This document shows, piece after piece, positions 40,391 to 53,138 of a stretch of DNA of 64,000 bases; within the stretch, counting starts at the first letter, position 1; each line of letters starts with the position of its first letter. The notes beneath the pieces were generated by a model. The model did no database searches, was not told the origin of the DNA, and saw only the letters and a program-made list of their open reading frames with translations. This DNA is from Macrostomum lignano (lineage: Eukaryota): contig NIVC01002642.1 of NCBI GenBank assembly GCA_002269645.1, forward strand, positions 16,012-80,011, given 5' to 3'. The position numbers were made by a program, and so were the translations under genes.

Positions 40391-41026
40391 AGCACCCTAA
40401 CTAAGCACCCCTACATGTATGCAATATGCACTTGTTTAGTATTTAGCTTTGTTTAACAGTGGCCGAATCTGTGAAAGCTGGTTGGATACAATCTCCAGAG
40501 TCTAATCTCAGAGCTTCATGCCTGAATTCAGCTTCATTGCCTGTACGAGCCTGTAGCGGAATTACTGTAGCTTTCAATCTAGACGAGTAACGTTTTTCGA
40601 TTTCGAGAAATCCGAACTGTCACTGCTGAGGGATTACTGCTCACTCGGCGTTGCTGGGGCCACACAGCAGTTCAAATGCGGGTACGCCATAACGCAAGCA
40701 GAAGATGGACGAGAAGAGAGGCGTTCTTATCGATCCTCTCAGCCAAGCAAACTACAAGCGAACTTCCCCTGTCGATGTGCACGGGATGCTCGCGCCTCTC
40801 CAATCCAGGGATCAAGGGAGACGTGGAAGTGACACTCCCGCAAAAATTACTCCCCCCTCCCGAAGCGGAGCAGCCCAGGTCGATTCATAAAAACGCAGCT
40901 TGGGGAGATATCGGCGGAGACACAGAACACAACAGCAGCCAATTCTGTTAGATTGATGCCTTATCTAAACTGAAACTAGCCCATCTTCCACAATTGACAT
41001 GAATTCGATGAAAACTGGAGTTGGCT

Positions 41027-41182
41027 GTGTACCTTCCCAGATCTTAATGCTGAGCCAGCCACCTTCCCAGATCCTCATGCTGAGCCAGCCACCTTCCCAG
41101 ATCTTCATGCTGAGCCAGGCACCTTCCCAGATCTTAATGCTGAGCCAGCCACCTTCCCAGATCCTCATGTTGAGCCAGCCAC
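41027..41182. repeat. 30-bp minisatellite interrupted by the LTR element; it resumes at 46744-46790
   Basis: GCCACCTTCCCAGATCCTCATGCTGAGCCA units occur on both sides of the element. Confidence 0.88.
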
Positions 41183-41407
41183 TGTAGAGAGCGAAGCCGC
41201 GAGAGAGAAAGTTATGTGTTGTGTGCAGCCGAAAAAGCCTCAATCCATTGTAGGCTCTGTGCGATCGATTTATATATTTAGCAGCGACCCTGCAGTTGAG
41301 ACTGCGTACACTAAAAACAGAAAGCCAAGAATATTGGATGTACATCGGAAATGCACACCAGGACTAAAATCACTTATTATGCAAGCACTGGGCACCAGGC
41401 GCCTACA
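41183..41407 (-). mobile_element. 3' LTR
   Basis: TGTAG...CTACA termini; adjacent PPT GGTTGGGGAGAAT on the minus strand (41408-41420). Confidence 0.93.
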
Positions 41408-41772
41408 ATTCTCCCCAACCAGAGAGATCCCAGGTCATAAGAAAACCGAGTTCAATTACTCAGCTACCAGCCCAAACCCCAAAGCAATCAAAGCGGCCCG
41501 CCCACGCACAAGAGCCCTAGGATCACAATTTGCATTAGAGTAAGTTTGAAATAGACAATCGGGCGTTGAATGTCAATAATCCATAGAAATAAAGACTTTC
41601 CGTGACAATATTTGCGTTCTCCGGGATTTTATTTGGTAATATTCAATAATATCCCGTAAAGTCTTTATGTCTATAGTTTATACGAGATTACACTAATGTT
41701 ACTTAGATTATTGCTAATTTGCATTAAAGTAAGTGTGACTCCTGCAAGCGGGCTTAAAGGTATTCTATGGCA

Positions 41773-44700
41773 TTAAAAGGCAAGAATAAGTGCCCAGCGC
41801 GCACAAAGGTCATGGTACAATTTGTAGCTGAGCAATCTGTTACGGGCAGCTCTTGGATGTTCTCGCGTGGCGATGCTACCGCTGGGTAGACCGGCGGGCT
41901 GACCGGCAGGTTGGCCGGCAGGCTCTCCGGCAGATTGGCCGGCAGGCTCTCCGGCAGGTTGGTCGGCAGGCTCTCCGGCAGATTGGCCGGCAGGCTCTCC
42001 GGCAGATTGGCCGGCAGGCTCTTCGGCAGGTTGGTCGGCAGGCTCTCCGGCAGATTGGCCGGCAGGCTCTCCGGCAGATTGGCCGGCAGGCTCTCCGGCA
42101 GACTGGCCGGCAGGCTCTCCGGCAGATTGGCCGGCAGGCTCCCCGGCAGGTTGGCCGGCAGGCTCTCCGGCAGATTGGCCGGCAGGCTCTCCGGCAGATT
42201 GGCCGGCAGGCTCTCCGGCAGGCTGGCCGGCAGGCTCTCCGGCAGATTGGCCGGCAGGCTCTCCGGCAGGTTGGTCGGCAGGCTCTCCGGCAGATTGGCC
42301 GGCAGGCTCTCCGGCAGATTGGCCGGCAGGCTCTTCGGCAGGTTGGTCGGCAGGCTCTCCGGCAGATTGGCCGGCAGGCTCTCCGGCAGATTGGCCGGCA
42401 GGCTCTCCGGCAGACTGGCCGGCAGGCTCTCCGGCAGATTGGCCGGCAGGCTCCCCGGCAGGTTGGCCGGCAGGCTCTCCGGCAGATTGGCCGGCAGGCT
42501 CTCCGGCAGATTGGCCGGCAGGCTCTCCGGCAGGCTGGCCGGCAGGCTCTCCGGCAGGCTGGCCGGCAGGCTCTCCGGCAGGCTGGCCGGCAGGCTCTCC
42601 GGCAGGCTGGCCGGCAGGCTCTCCGGCAGGCTGGCCGGCAGGCTCTCCGGCAGGCTGGCCGGCAGGCTCTCCGGCAGGCTGGCCGGCAGGCTCTCCGGCA
42701 GGCTGGCCGGCAGGCTCTCCGACCAGGGGCCGCAGCTGTGAGACGTGGCGCATGCAGGACTGTTCGCCGCGTTGCAGGACACACGTGTCTCCCTGGACCT
42801 GCTTGACTGTCCAAGGATTTGGATCGAACGGCAGCTGCAGTTTGTTACGTGGTTGCTGCTTTCGCAGAACTCTGTTGCCGTCTCTGACGCCGTGCTCCTT
42901 GACACCCTTGCGATCATCGAACCGCGCCTTGATGTCTTGGACATAGTTTCTGTGCCAGCTCTGCACCTCTTCATGGCTGACGTCGATGAGCTGTTATGGT
43001 TTGATGGTCGGGATGCCGTCGTTCATCGTCCTGCCCATGAGTGGCTCAGCGGGTGCGCGGCCAGTCGCTCGATGTAGTGTCGTGCGGAACGCCAACAGCC
43101 AGTCCTCGATAGCCTCCCGCCAGTTACGACCTTCGGCCACTGCCGTCTGAATCACTTTCCCGATGCTGCGGTTGACTCGCTCCGTCGCTCCGTTGGATTC
43201 TGGGTGCAGCGGGCAGATGAGGCGGTGGTGAATGCCGTACGAGGCGAGGAAGCTGCGGAAAGCTGCCGAGCTGAATGGTGGGCCGTTGTCGGTGACCACC
43301 TCGATCGGGACGCCGTACCTACCGAACAGCCTCCGCAGGTGGGGGGTCACGCTCTCCGCCATCGTCGAGTTGAGGAAATTGACTTCTGGGTACTTGGAAT
43401 ACAAGTCGGTGGTGACCAGGAGCATCTGGCTCTGCACTGGGCCGTAGAAATCCATGCCTAGTAGCAGCCAGGCACCGTCCGAAATATCCGTCGGCCTCAA
43501 TGGTGTCTGTCGCAATCCGGTGGCCGCAGCCTGGCACAGTGTGCAGCACTGGACGAAGAGCTCGCAGTCGCTGCGCATCCGAGGCCACCACACCTTCGTC
43601 TGCAGGCGTTTAAGGGTGCGGTCGGCGCCCAGATGACCGGTGTGCGCCAGTTGAAGGATCGGCCTGCGCAGCGACTCGGGGATGACGATGAGGTCACCGC
43701 GGAGTAATACTCCGTCGCTTTCCGACAGTTCGCCGCTGATGGACTTGAAGGAGCGCTGGGCTGCCGCTCGCATGTCCCAGCGGCCGGTTCGAATCGCGTT
43801 CAGCGCCGCCTGGACGTCCTTGTCGGTGCGCGATGCTTCCCGAACCTGGTCGAGACTGAAGCCCTTCGGCACGGGCCCGGTCGACACGGCGTTGATGAAG
43901 GCGGCGTCGAGCTCTTCACCTACATTTCGACGCCGCTCTGGCAGTGGCTGCCGACTCAGCAGGTCAGCCGGGTTGGTCGAGCCTGGCCGGTAGAGCAGGT
44001 TGAAGCGGAGATGCTGAATGCGCAGCGCCATTCGCTCGATCCGCGGTGGCGGACGGGAGCCAGGCTTGAAAAGCGGCACGAGCGGTCGGTGGTCCGTCAC
44101 CACGGTGAAGTCTGGGTCACCAGCCAGATAGTGCTCAAACTTGAGACACCCAAATTTGATGGCCAGCGCCTTCCGCTCGATCTGCGGTCCGCTGCTCCAC
44201 CGGCGAGAGGGCTCTGCTGGCGTAGGCGACGGGTCTGCTGTTGCCGTCTGGCTGCCGCTGCGTGAGGATGGCGCCGAGGCCGATCGGCGATGCGTCCACC
44301 AGGAGTTCCGTGTGCAGCCTGCGGTCGAAAAAGGCCAACGTGTCCGCGTCTGATATTGCCTTCTTGATGCCGTTGAACGCTGCTAAGTGTTTTTCTGTCC
44401 ACTCCCAGGCCTGGCCCTTCTTCGTCAGCTGCCGGAGTGGGGCAACGAGGTCAGCGAAGTTCGGGATGAACTTTGCCAGGAAGTTAGCGGTTCCCAGGAA
44501 AGAGCGGACGTCGTCGGCCACGTTGGAGGGCTCTCGTGGGAGTCCTGATTGAGGGTGATCCCGAACTCTCGGAGGCGCTGAAAGCAGGCGTCCAGCCTCT
44601 CATGGTGCTGCTTCAGGTCGGAGGCGTACACCACCACGTCGTCGTGCGCCCACCGGACGCCGTCGATGCCGCTGAGGATGCCAATCATGACTCGTTGAAG

Positions 44701-46480
44701 GATTTCCGAGGCATTTGTGAACCTATGCTGAGCCTCTTGAGCCGCATCAGTCCGAGGGGCGTGCTGAAGGTGAAGAGGTGACGGCTGCTCTCGTGGACTG
44801 GGATCTGATAAAAGGCCTTCCGGATATCGAGTTCGCTGAACAGCTTGGCGTCTGCCATTTCCTCGGTGATTTCGTCCAGCGTGGGGATTTGCTGCTTCTC
44901 TGGAATGACGAGAGCGTTGAGATCACGGAGGTCCTGGCAGATTCTGACGCCACCGTCGCCCTTGGGCACCACCACCATGCGTGACACCCAGGCGCTGGGA
45001 CCTTTGACTGCCTCAATGATGCCCTGCTCCTCCAAAGCCTTGAGCTCGTCCACTACGGCCTCTTTCAGGTGCGCCGCCACACGTGAGGGCGCCTGGCAGA
45101 CTGGAACAGCGTCGTCGGACAGCTGGACCTGGACCTCTACTCCCTTGATGCAGCCGATGCCGTTGAAGACTTCTTTGTGCCTCTGCAGGATGGCCTTGAG
45201 CTGGGGGTCGATATACTGCTCGGAGAGTGTGATGTCGGCGATGGCGTTCATGTTTTGCGGCTTGGTAGCTTCAGGTCGCTGGATCTTCAGCACTCCTAGC
45301 TTGAATGCGGGCTGACGCCCTAGTATCGTCAGCCTGTCGCCGTCCATGATGTGGAAGGTCGCGGTTGTTCTGGCAGATCCCACTTGGATGTCAAGATCGG
45401 CGGTACCCACAATCCTGAGAGGTGTCGGTACACCGTAGGCACGAACTTCGGCTCTTGTCGGGCGTGGGCTTGGCAGGCTGAGCGCTCTGAAGGTGCGGAG
45501 ACTCATGATGCTGCAGCTGGCTCCGCTGTCAATCATCATAGGAAGCTGCCGGTTTGCCACCTGCACAGTCAGTGAGACGTCGGATGGGTATTTGTCGCGG
45601 TTGTACAGCGCGAACACATCCTCGTTGACGGAGCCGTCGGCAGCTGTGAAGACAGCATTGGTGCTGATTTGCTGCTGTGGGGTCCGGCTGCTGTTTGACT
45701 GCCGAGGCTGACGGCAGGCAAGAGCGAGGTGGTTGGGCTTGCCGCAGTTGTGGCAGATCTTGCCCTTGGCAGCGTCGCAGGTGGCGTAGCCTTTCTCGCC
45801 GCAGCGGTAGCAGGTGCGCTGCTGCTGGTCGCCGGGCCTGCTGGTCGTCTGAGCCGGGCCACGCCTGTTCGTTCTCACCTTGTCGTCCTTAGCAACGCTG
45901 GCCACGTGCGAGTCTGCCTTCCCCATCTCAGTTGCTTGTTCCTCAGCAGCCTCGAATGCCCTCGCCTTCCGCAAGGCCTCCTCCAGGCTGATGTTCGCCT
46001 CCTGAAGCAGCCGCCTGCGCAGCTTGTCAGAGCTGCAGGTTGCCACGAGCTGGTCTCTGATGAGCGAGTCCTTCAGCTGTTCGAAGTCGCACGGCTCTGC
46101 CGCAGTGCGCAGTCTGGCGTACCAGGACTCGATGGACTCTCCGGTGGCCTGGGTGCATAGGCGGAACTGATATCTGGCGAATACTATGTTCTTTCTTCCG
46201 TTGAAGAATGTCTTCAAAGCGTCCAGCGTCTGCTTGAGGGTGACTTGGCCGTCCTCTGTGGCCGCTGCAGGCTTGGCCTCCTCGCGGATGACGTCGGCGA
46301 TTTCCTTGCCTGCTGTGTAGCTGAGTAGTTTGCACTTTTGCTTCTCGTTGGTGATGCCTGATGCATCGATGAAGTCTTCAAAGCGGTCCGCCCATTGACT
46401 CCAGCGCTTGCCGCGTTGTGTGGGTCTGCTGATACTGAGAATGGCTCAGGTGGGGGCAGTGAGAGAAAGTTGGCTGCCAT
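41773..46480 (-). pseudogene. Disrupted gag-pol of the LTR element
   Basis: Gag with CHNCGKPNHLALAC knuckle, protease MIDSGAS, RT AHDD, RNase H VDAS, integrase HHCC + D,D(35)E and GPF-like KLQLPF. Frameshifts near 46411, 44720 and 44185, a deletion at the RT end (GITLN joined to REPSNV) and an in-frame TAA at 42994-42996. Confidence 0.9.
41895..42722. repeat. 24-bp (2x12) GC-rich minisatellite in frame with the integrase C-terminus
   Basis: CCGGCAGGCTCT/CCGGCAG(G/A)(C/T)TGG units encoding (GEPAGQPA)n; a 312-bp block is duplicated. Confidence 0.95.
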
Positions 46481-46518
46481 GATTTGTTTACCGCGCGGTA
46501 GGCGGCTTGCGACGCCAC

Positions 46519-46743
46519 TGTAGAGAGCGAAGCCGCGAGAGAGAAAGTTATGTGTTGTGCGTAGCCGATAAAGCCTCAACCTATTGTAGGCTCTGTGCGA
46601 TCGATTTATATATTTAGCAGCGACCCTGCAGTTAAGACTGTGTACACTAAAAAGAGAAAGCCAAGAATATTGAATGTACATCGCAAATGCACACCAGGAC
46701 TAAAATCACTTATTATGCAAGCACTGGGCAGCAGGCGCCTACA
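46519..46743 (-). mobile_element. 5' LTR
   Basis: Direct repeat of 41183-41407 (11 substitutions counted). Followed after 1 nt by PBS-like TGGCGTCGCAAGCCGCC (about 46500-46517); the primer tRNA was not assigned. Confidence 0.93.
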
Positions 46744-47350
46744 GCCACCTTCCCAGATCCTCATATGGAGCCAGCCACCTTCTCAGATCCTCCAGTTATT
46801 TGCAAATTTTACCTACGTACGAGCCGTATATCCAATGCACAATATCCAGCCGATATGGGAAGACTTAGCGCGCCCTATATAACAGATATTTGCCATAATT
46901 TTCTGTCCTATCTTCGCCAAGATAGCCACACAGATACGATCTAGTGTGGCATTTGGAAGTTCCCAGAAGGTTCCTATAAGCAGTTTAACGATCTCTGACA
47001 TTTATTGCCAACCGCAATAAATGACTTGACTAAAGGCGGCCAACTTGGTGAATGATAAAAATTGCAAGTGTTGACTTCCTAAACTAAAGCGTTACGATTT
47101 CGGGTTATTGCTGAGTTCCTAATTCCGGCTCTAAAGAGAAGTGTACACCAACAAACGTTCACAAATTGCTCAAATAGCTCGTATATCTGGCTTTGACAGC
47201 AGCGCAGTTAGGGGAGATCAAGGCGCCTCAATAGCACATCTCAGCCATTTCCAGCGCCGCAATCTCATTGGCTGGCCAATCGCTGGGCTGGCAGCAGAAT
47301 AAAAAGGGATTCCGATTGCCCTCATTTCCTCAGCATGTCCTCTGCAGGCA

Positions 47351-47838
47351 ATGCAGCTCCACCCGCCAGACCCGCTAGACTCCGATTCGACACCCGCCCG
47401 GGTTGTCGACGGCGGTGCAAGTTTAAAACGGCGCCGGCGCCGCTCCCAATGCGTCTCGCGCGATCTCCGGCAGCTGTTCTGCGCAAACAGCAGTCTGCGC
47501 GGGGTGCCGAGAATTGTGAAAGCGGAGAGTGCCGGCCTCCGCTGCCTGTGGCTGCTGTTCGTGCTCGCCATGCTGGGCCTGCTGCTGTTCTCTTCGTACA
47601 AAATCGTCATGAACTATTACGAGGCCGACGTAGGCATTCAGACGTCAATTCTAAGCAATCACGCCAGCGACTTTCCGGCTGTGACGCTGTGCAACCACTA
47701 TCCGTTCTCGGCGAGGGCCGCGGAGCTGTGGAACTCCGGACGGGTGCCCTCGCCCAGTCGCTTCAATAAAGCGCTGCGGGCCCAGACTAAACGGCTGATG
47801 ATGTCCAGGCACTTCTCTCTGGCTAGGACTCTGACCAG
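47351..47838 (+). CDS. DEG/ENaC (ASIC/FaNaC superfamily) channel, exon 1 (N-terminus, TM1)
   Basis: FCANSSLRGVPRI, TM1 LWLLFVLAM, and FPAVTLCN; phase-2 donor AG|GTACGC. Confidence 0.88.
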
Positions 47839-47859
47839 GTACGCTCTGAGGGCAGATTC

Positions 47860-48540
47860 GGTAGATAGTGCAACTAGAGGTGTCCGTACTGGTAGATGAT
47901 GCAACTAGAGATGTCTCTGCCTGTAGATGATGCAACTAGAGGTATCTCTGCCCGTAGATGATGCAACTAGAGGTATCTCTGCCCGTAGATGATGCAACTA
48001 GCGGTGTCTCTGCACGTAGATGATGCAACTAGAGGTATCTCTGCCCGTAGATGATGCAACTAGCGGTGTCTCTGCACGTAGATGATGCAACTAGAGGTAT
48101 CTCTGCCCGTAGATGATGCAACTAGAGATGTCTCTGCCTGTAGATGATGCAACTAGCGGTGTCTCTGCCCGTAGATGATGCAACTAGCGGTGTCTCTGCA
48201 CGTAGATGATGCAACTAGAGATGTCTCTACCCGTAGATGAGCAACTAGAGATGTCTCTACTGGTAAATGATGCAGCTAGAGATGTCTCTACCGGTAGATG
48301 ATGCAGCTAGAGATGTCTCTACCGGTAGATGATGCAACTAGAGGTGTCTCTACCGGTAGATGATGCAACTAGAGGTGTCTCTACAGGTATATGATTCAAC
48401 TAGAGATGTCTCTACCGGTAGATGATGCAACTAGAGATGTCTCTACCAGTAGATGATGCAACTAGAGGTGTCTCTACCGTAGATGATGCAACTAGAGGTA
48501 TCTCTGCCCGTAGATGATGCAACTAGAGGTGTCTCTACCA
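47860..48540. repeat. 31-bp minisatellite at the start of DEG/ENaC intron 1
   Basis: GTAGATGATGCAACTAGAGGTRTCTCTRCCS, about 21 copies. Confidence 0.94.
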
Positions 48541-49043
48541 TCCGTGCCGGGCTGTCTACAGGCACAATGAGAGAATTCATTTAGATCCGAATGGTTATCA
48601 CCAATACGATAGAAATGCGCATCGGAAACTGCCAATAAAAATGGAACCCAGTGGTAATAGTACCGAGGAAGGTAGTTTGCGGCTGTATCAGATGTCGGTG
48701 CAATATCTATATGTGTAGTGACTAATTGCCTCAGCAGTTGAGCTTTAATTGGCATTGTTATACTCTCGGCACAAAGCATCGTAAAACAAATTTATGCCTG
48801 ATGGCAAAGCTTCGGAGCAACTGGGCCGGCTGCCTTGATCCGGGTGTGACCAGATGGGCTTAAATACTGTGACCAATGACTATTCATTACCGCTGGAAGC
48901 AGCTGGGCCGACTCTGACTCACGATAGTGATATTAAATTTAATCACACACCAAAATCTAGCCAAATTGTTGAGGCTACTTGACATGCACCGTAAGCATGA
49001 GGTGCAGCGCAGATCACTTGAGCACAGTTGATAGCTGGGCGTA

Positions 49044-49444
<401 letters not shown>

Positions 49445-49500
49445 GTTCGGCAGCTATAATTTTACTATTCATTTATGAAGCTTCCGCACCGACTGTCCAG

Positions 49501-49895
49501 ATACGACCAGGTAAACGTGTACTATCAGTGGCTCAACTACAGCCAGACGGTGCTGCTGAGCCACTCAGTCGACGAGTTCCTGCTCCACTGCATGGTGGTC
49601 GTGGGAACGCATGTCCTCGTTGGCAACGAACGCGACTGCCGGCTGCGCTTCCGGCTGGTGTCGCACCCGCGCTACTTCAACTGCTACACTGTGCAGGCCA
49701 CCAGCCAGAGCCAGCACATATCGACTATCTACCTCATCATTAACCTCGGCTCAGTTTCACCTGAGCAGTGGCCGTCAAGTTACGAGCGGGCCTTCGTGTC
49801 TGACGTGTTCGACCAGGCGTACGGGCTACGCCTGCTGCTGCACGAGAGCCGGCTGTACCCGGATATTGAGCAGGGAGGCGTCAACGTGGAACCGG
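49501..49895 (+). CDS. DEG/ENaC exon 2
   Basis: YFNCYT, GLRLLLH and VEPG; phase-2 acceptor GTCCAG and phase-1 donor GTAGG. Confidence 0.88.
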
Positions 49896-49926
49896 GTAGG
49901 CTGACGTCAGGTGTCGAGATAGAGAA

Positions 49927-50240
49927 GAGGTGTCTCTATCTGCAGTTTCTCTAATCAAAGAGGTGTCTCTATCTGCAGTTTCTCTAATCAAAGAGGTGTC
50001 TCTATCTGCAGTCTCTCTAATCAAAGAGGTGTCTCTATCTGCAGTTTCTCTAATCAAAGAGGTGTCTCTATCTGCAGTTTCTCTAATCAAAGAGGTGTCG
50101 TGTCTCTATCTGCAGTCTCTCTAATCAAAGAGGTGTCTCTATCTGCAGTCTCTCTAATCAAAGAGGTGTCTCTATCTGCAGTCTCTCTAATCAAAGAGGT
50201 GTCTCTATCTGCAGTCTCTCTAATCAAAGAGGTGTCTATC
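49927..50240. repeat. 33-bp minisatellite at the start of intron 2
   Basis: GAGGTGTCTCTATCTGCAGT(T/C)TCTCTAATCAAA, about 9 copies. Confidence 0.93.
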
Positions 50241-50687
50241 TGCTTTAATAACTACACAGGTGTCATTCTCACCTGCGAAAGGCTAGTTCTAGAACTGCTC
50301 ATTTCCCAATGAGCTGGAACGCGGTTAGCTGGAGAATGCTCATTTTAAACCAATTTCTGGTTTCAATAAACCATTGCAGTGGGGCAGTTTGCAAAGAGCG
50401 ATGGCGTGCTGATGCTGGACCATTGGAAATGAGCTTCCGGACTGGCTAGAAGGGCAGGATGAAAATCTGCACTTTGCTCTTTCAAGCCTCCAGGAAATTT
50501 AACCTTCTAAGAAATTGTTTGCTGTATAATTTACCTGCTTGCATTATTTAAGAATTTATTGAGGCAGCTGTGTGCTTGCTAAATAGAATTGAGCCTGTGC
50601 TTAAGTGTTTTTGTTAGACCCTCCATTAGGAAAAGATTAAATTAATTATAGACAACCATAGCTGGGGCGAAGCCACAATGGCAAGGA

Positions 50688-51512
50688 GGCGCCCCTGGTG
50701 CTGGCGCCCCTGGTGCTGGCGCCCCTGGTGCTGGCGCCCCTGGTGCTGGCGCCCCTGGTGCTGGCGCCCCTGGTGCTGGCGCCCCTGGTGCTGGCGCCCC
50801 TGGTGCTGGCGCCCCTGGTGCTGGCGCCCCTGGTGCTGGCGCCCCTGGTGCTGGCGCCCCTGGTGCTGGCGCCCCTGGTGCTGGCGCCCCTGGTGCTGGC
50901 GCCCCTGGTGCTGGCGCCCCTGGTGCTGGCGCCCCTGGTGCTGGCGCCCCTGGTGCTGGCGCCCCTGGTGCTGGCGCCCCTGGTGCTGGCGCCCCTGGTG
51001 CTGGCGCCCCTGGTGCTGGCGCCCCTGGTGCTGGCGCCCCTGGTGCTGGCGCCCCTGGTGCTGGCGCCCCTGGTGCTGGCGCCCCTGGTGCTGGCGCCCC
51101 TGGTGCTGGCGCCCCTGGTGCTGGCGCCCCTGGTGCTGGCGCCCCTGGTGCTGGCGCCCCTGGTGCTGGCGCCCCTGGTGCTGGCGCCCCTGGTGCTGGC
51201 GCCCCTGGTGCTGGCGCCCCTGGTGCTGGCGCCCCTGGTGCTGGCGCCCCTGGTGCTGGCGCCCCTGGTGCTGGCGCCCCTGGTGCTGGCGCCCCTGGTG
51301 CTGGCGCCCCTGGTGCTGGCGCCCCTGGTGCTGGCGCCCCTGGTGCTGGCGCCCCTGGTGCTGGCGCCCCTGGTGCTGGCGCCCCTGGTGCTGGCGCCCC
51401 TGGTGCTGGCGCCCCTGGTGCTGGCGCCCCTGGTGCTGGCGCCCCTGGTGCTGGCGCCCCTGGTGCTGGCGCCCCTGGTGCTGGCGCCCCTGGTGCTGGC
51501 GCCCCTGGTGCT
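50688..51512. repeat. 15-bp 80%-GC minisatellite, 55 identical copies
   Basis: GGCGCCCCTGGTGCT x55 with no variant seen. Confidence 0.97.
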
Positions 51513-51961
51513 GGCATTTCAACATATCACGGCAGTGCAGAAAATGGATCTTGTGTCATAGAAACGAGTTATCTTCTGTAATTAATCTTCAGAAGGCTTT
51601 GCATTTGCCTGGTAGGAATGGCGATTGGGCACATGTCGTTTCGATTTACTGTTTCAACTTCTTTTTCTAGTTTCCTAATGCACTCTGAACCCCCAAGTGC
51701 AAACTTAAGCGTGAACTGTATGGTTGCCAGCAGATCCCGCTGGGCAACCCCCTCTGGCGGCCCAACATCCGTGATTAATCGGCATGCCGTTCGCCTTCGA
51801 AAAATGCAATAGGCCAGCAAGTCAGTGCGAACAGTCGAGGTTCTGAATTGGTCCCTTCAATCAATCAATCAATCTATCGATCAGCATATTGCGCAGTCTC
51901 GGTGCAATCTCATATATTTTCTCCAATTCCGACAGGCGGCTCACGATGTCACGACTGTAAA

Positions 51962-52182
51962 GGGTGTCAGGTGAATATGGGTGTCAGGTGAATATGGGTG
52001 TCAGGTGAATATGGGTGTCAGGTGAATATGGGTGTCAGGTGAATATGGGTGTCAGGTGAATATGGGTGTCAGGTGAATATGGGTGTCAGGTGAATATGGG
52101 TGTCAGGTGAATATGGGTGTCAGGTGAATATGGGTGTCAGGTGAATATGGGTGTCAGGTGAATATGGGTGTCAGGTGAATAT
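51962..52182. repeat. 17-bp minisatellite, 13 identical copies
   Basis: GGGTGTCAGGTGAATAT x13. Confidence 0.95.
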
Positions 52183-52759
52183 ATTGGCATCAGATTTGTC
52201 AAAAGTGTTTCGGAGACCAATCTCATGGGGCGCCCAGAATTCGGTGACAAGTGGTTTGAAATGAGCCTCCAAATTTGCGGCCAACAACTCTCAAAGCCTC
52301 TGTCTAGAAAAGACGCATCCCAGTTACCAGGCGCTGAGGGATTGAGACTCCCAAGCCCTCTTTTCCGGGTCAGCAGGGAATCGCCCCTGATTAAATTTGC
52401 TTCTGGCGAAGTCTGCTGATGTTTTAATCAAACTTCGCAGTATGCAGAGAGAGACGGCTCGCGATTTCAACTGCTGCACAACCAGTGCAGCTTTGTATTG
52501 GTGATGATCCCTGACCTTCGATATCCCCTCCCTATGGGGGTCGAAATCTTATTTGCTTCGATTTTCTCGATTGGCATCCTTTCTATCCCTCCATCGAATC
52601 TACTCGCAGGATGAAGGCTGGAAAGAATTCCGATTGATTGAGCAGCGTATCATCTGCTAGCTCATTTATCGGCTGTCTATAGTAGTGTGCTTCATACTAC
52701 TGACCTACTTAAGTAGCTGATAAGCCATCACTGATTTATGATCCCAATCTCTAAGTTAG

Positions 52760-53116
52760 GATTATCCCGATCTCTAGCCTAGGATCATCCCTCTCCCTAG
52801 ACTAGGATTATCCCGATCCTCAGACTAGAATTATCTCGATCCCCAGACTAGAATTATCCCAATCCATAGACTAGAATTATCCCAATCCCCAGACTAGAAT
52901 TATCCCGATCCCCAGACTAGGATTATCCCAATCCCCAGACTAGGATTATCCCAATCCCCAGACTAGAATTATCCCGATCCATAGACTAGAATTATCCCAA
53001 TCCCCAGACTAGGATTATCCCAATCCCTAGACTAGAATTATCCCAATCCCTAGACTAGAATTATCCCAATCCCCAGACTAGAATTATCCCGATCCATAGA
53101 CTAGAATTATCCCAAT
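52760..53116. repeat. 23-bp minisatellite ending just before the exon-3 acceptor
   Basis: CTAG(A/G)ATTATCCC(A/G)ATCCCCAGA. Confidence 0.92.
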
Positions 53117-53138
53117 CGTTATCCGATCTTGTCCGCAG

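Larger units (their letters stand above)
41183..46743 (-). mobile_element. Full-length defective Ty3/Gypsy LTR retrotransposon (Mag-like), 5561 bp
   Basis: Two 225-bp TG...CA LTRs, 5-bp TSD GCCAC, PBS-like and PPT sequences, and gag-PR-RT-RNaseH-IN domain order. Confidence 0.96.

Noticed and set aside
40620-40950. GC-richer stretch with short ORFs left of the LTR element
   Set aside because: No recognisable motif or splice-supported exon.
48560-48700. Innexin-like motif YYYHWVPFLL on the minus strand
   Set aside because: No flanking innexin features (extracellular Cys pair, TM continuation) in any frame; probably chance or an unrecognisable remnant.
50626-51670. (GAPAP)n, (WCWRP)n and (LAPLV)n ORFs
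   Set aside because: A perfect 15-bp repeat open in most frames inside an intron.
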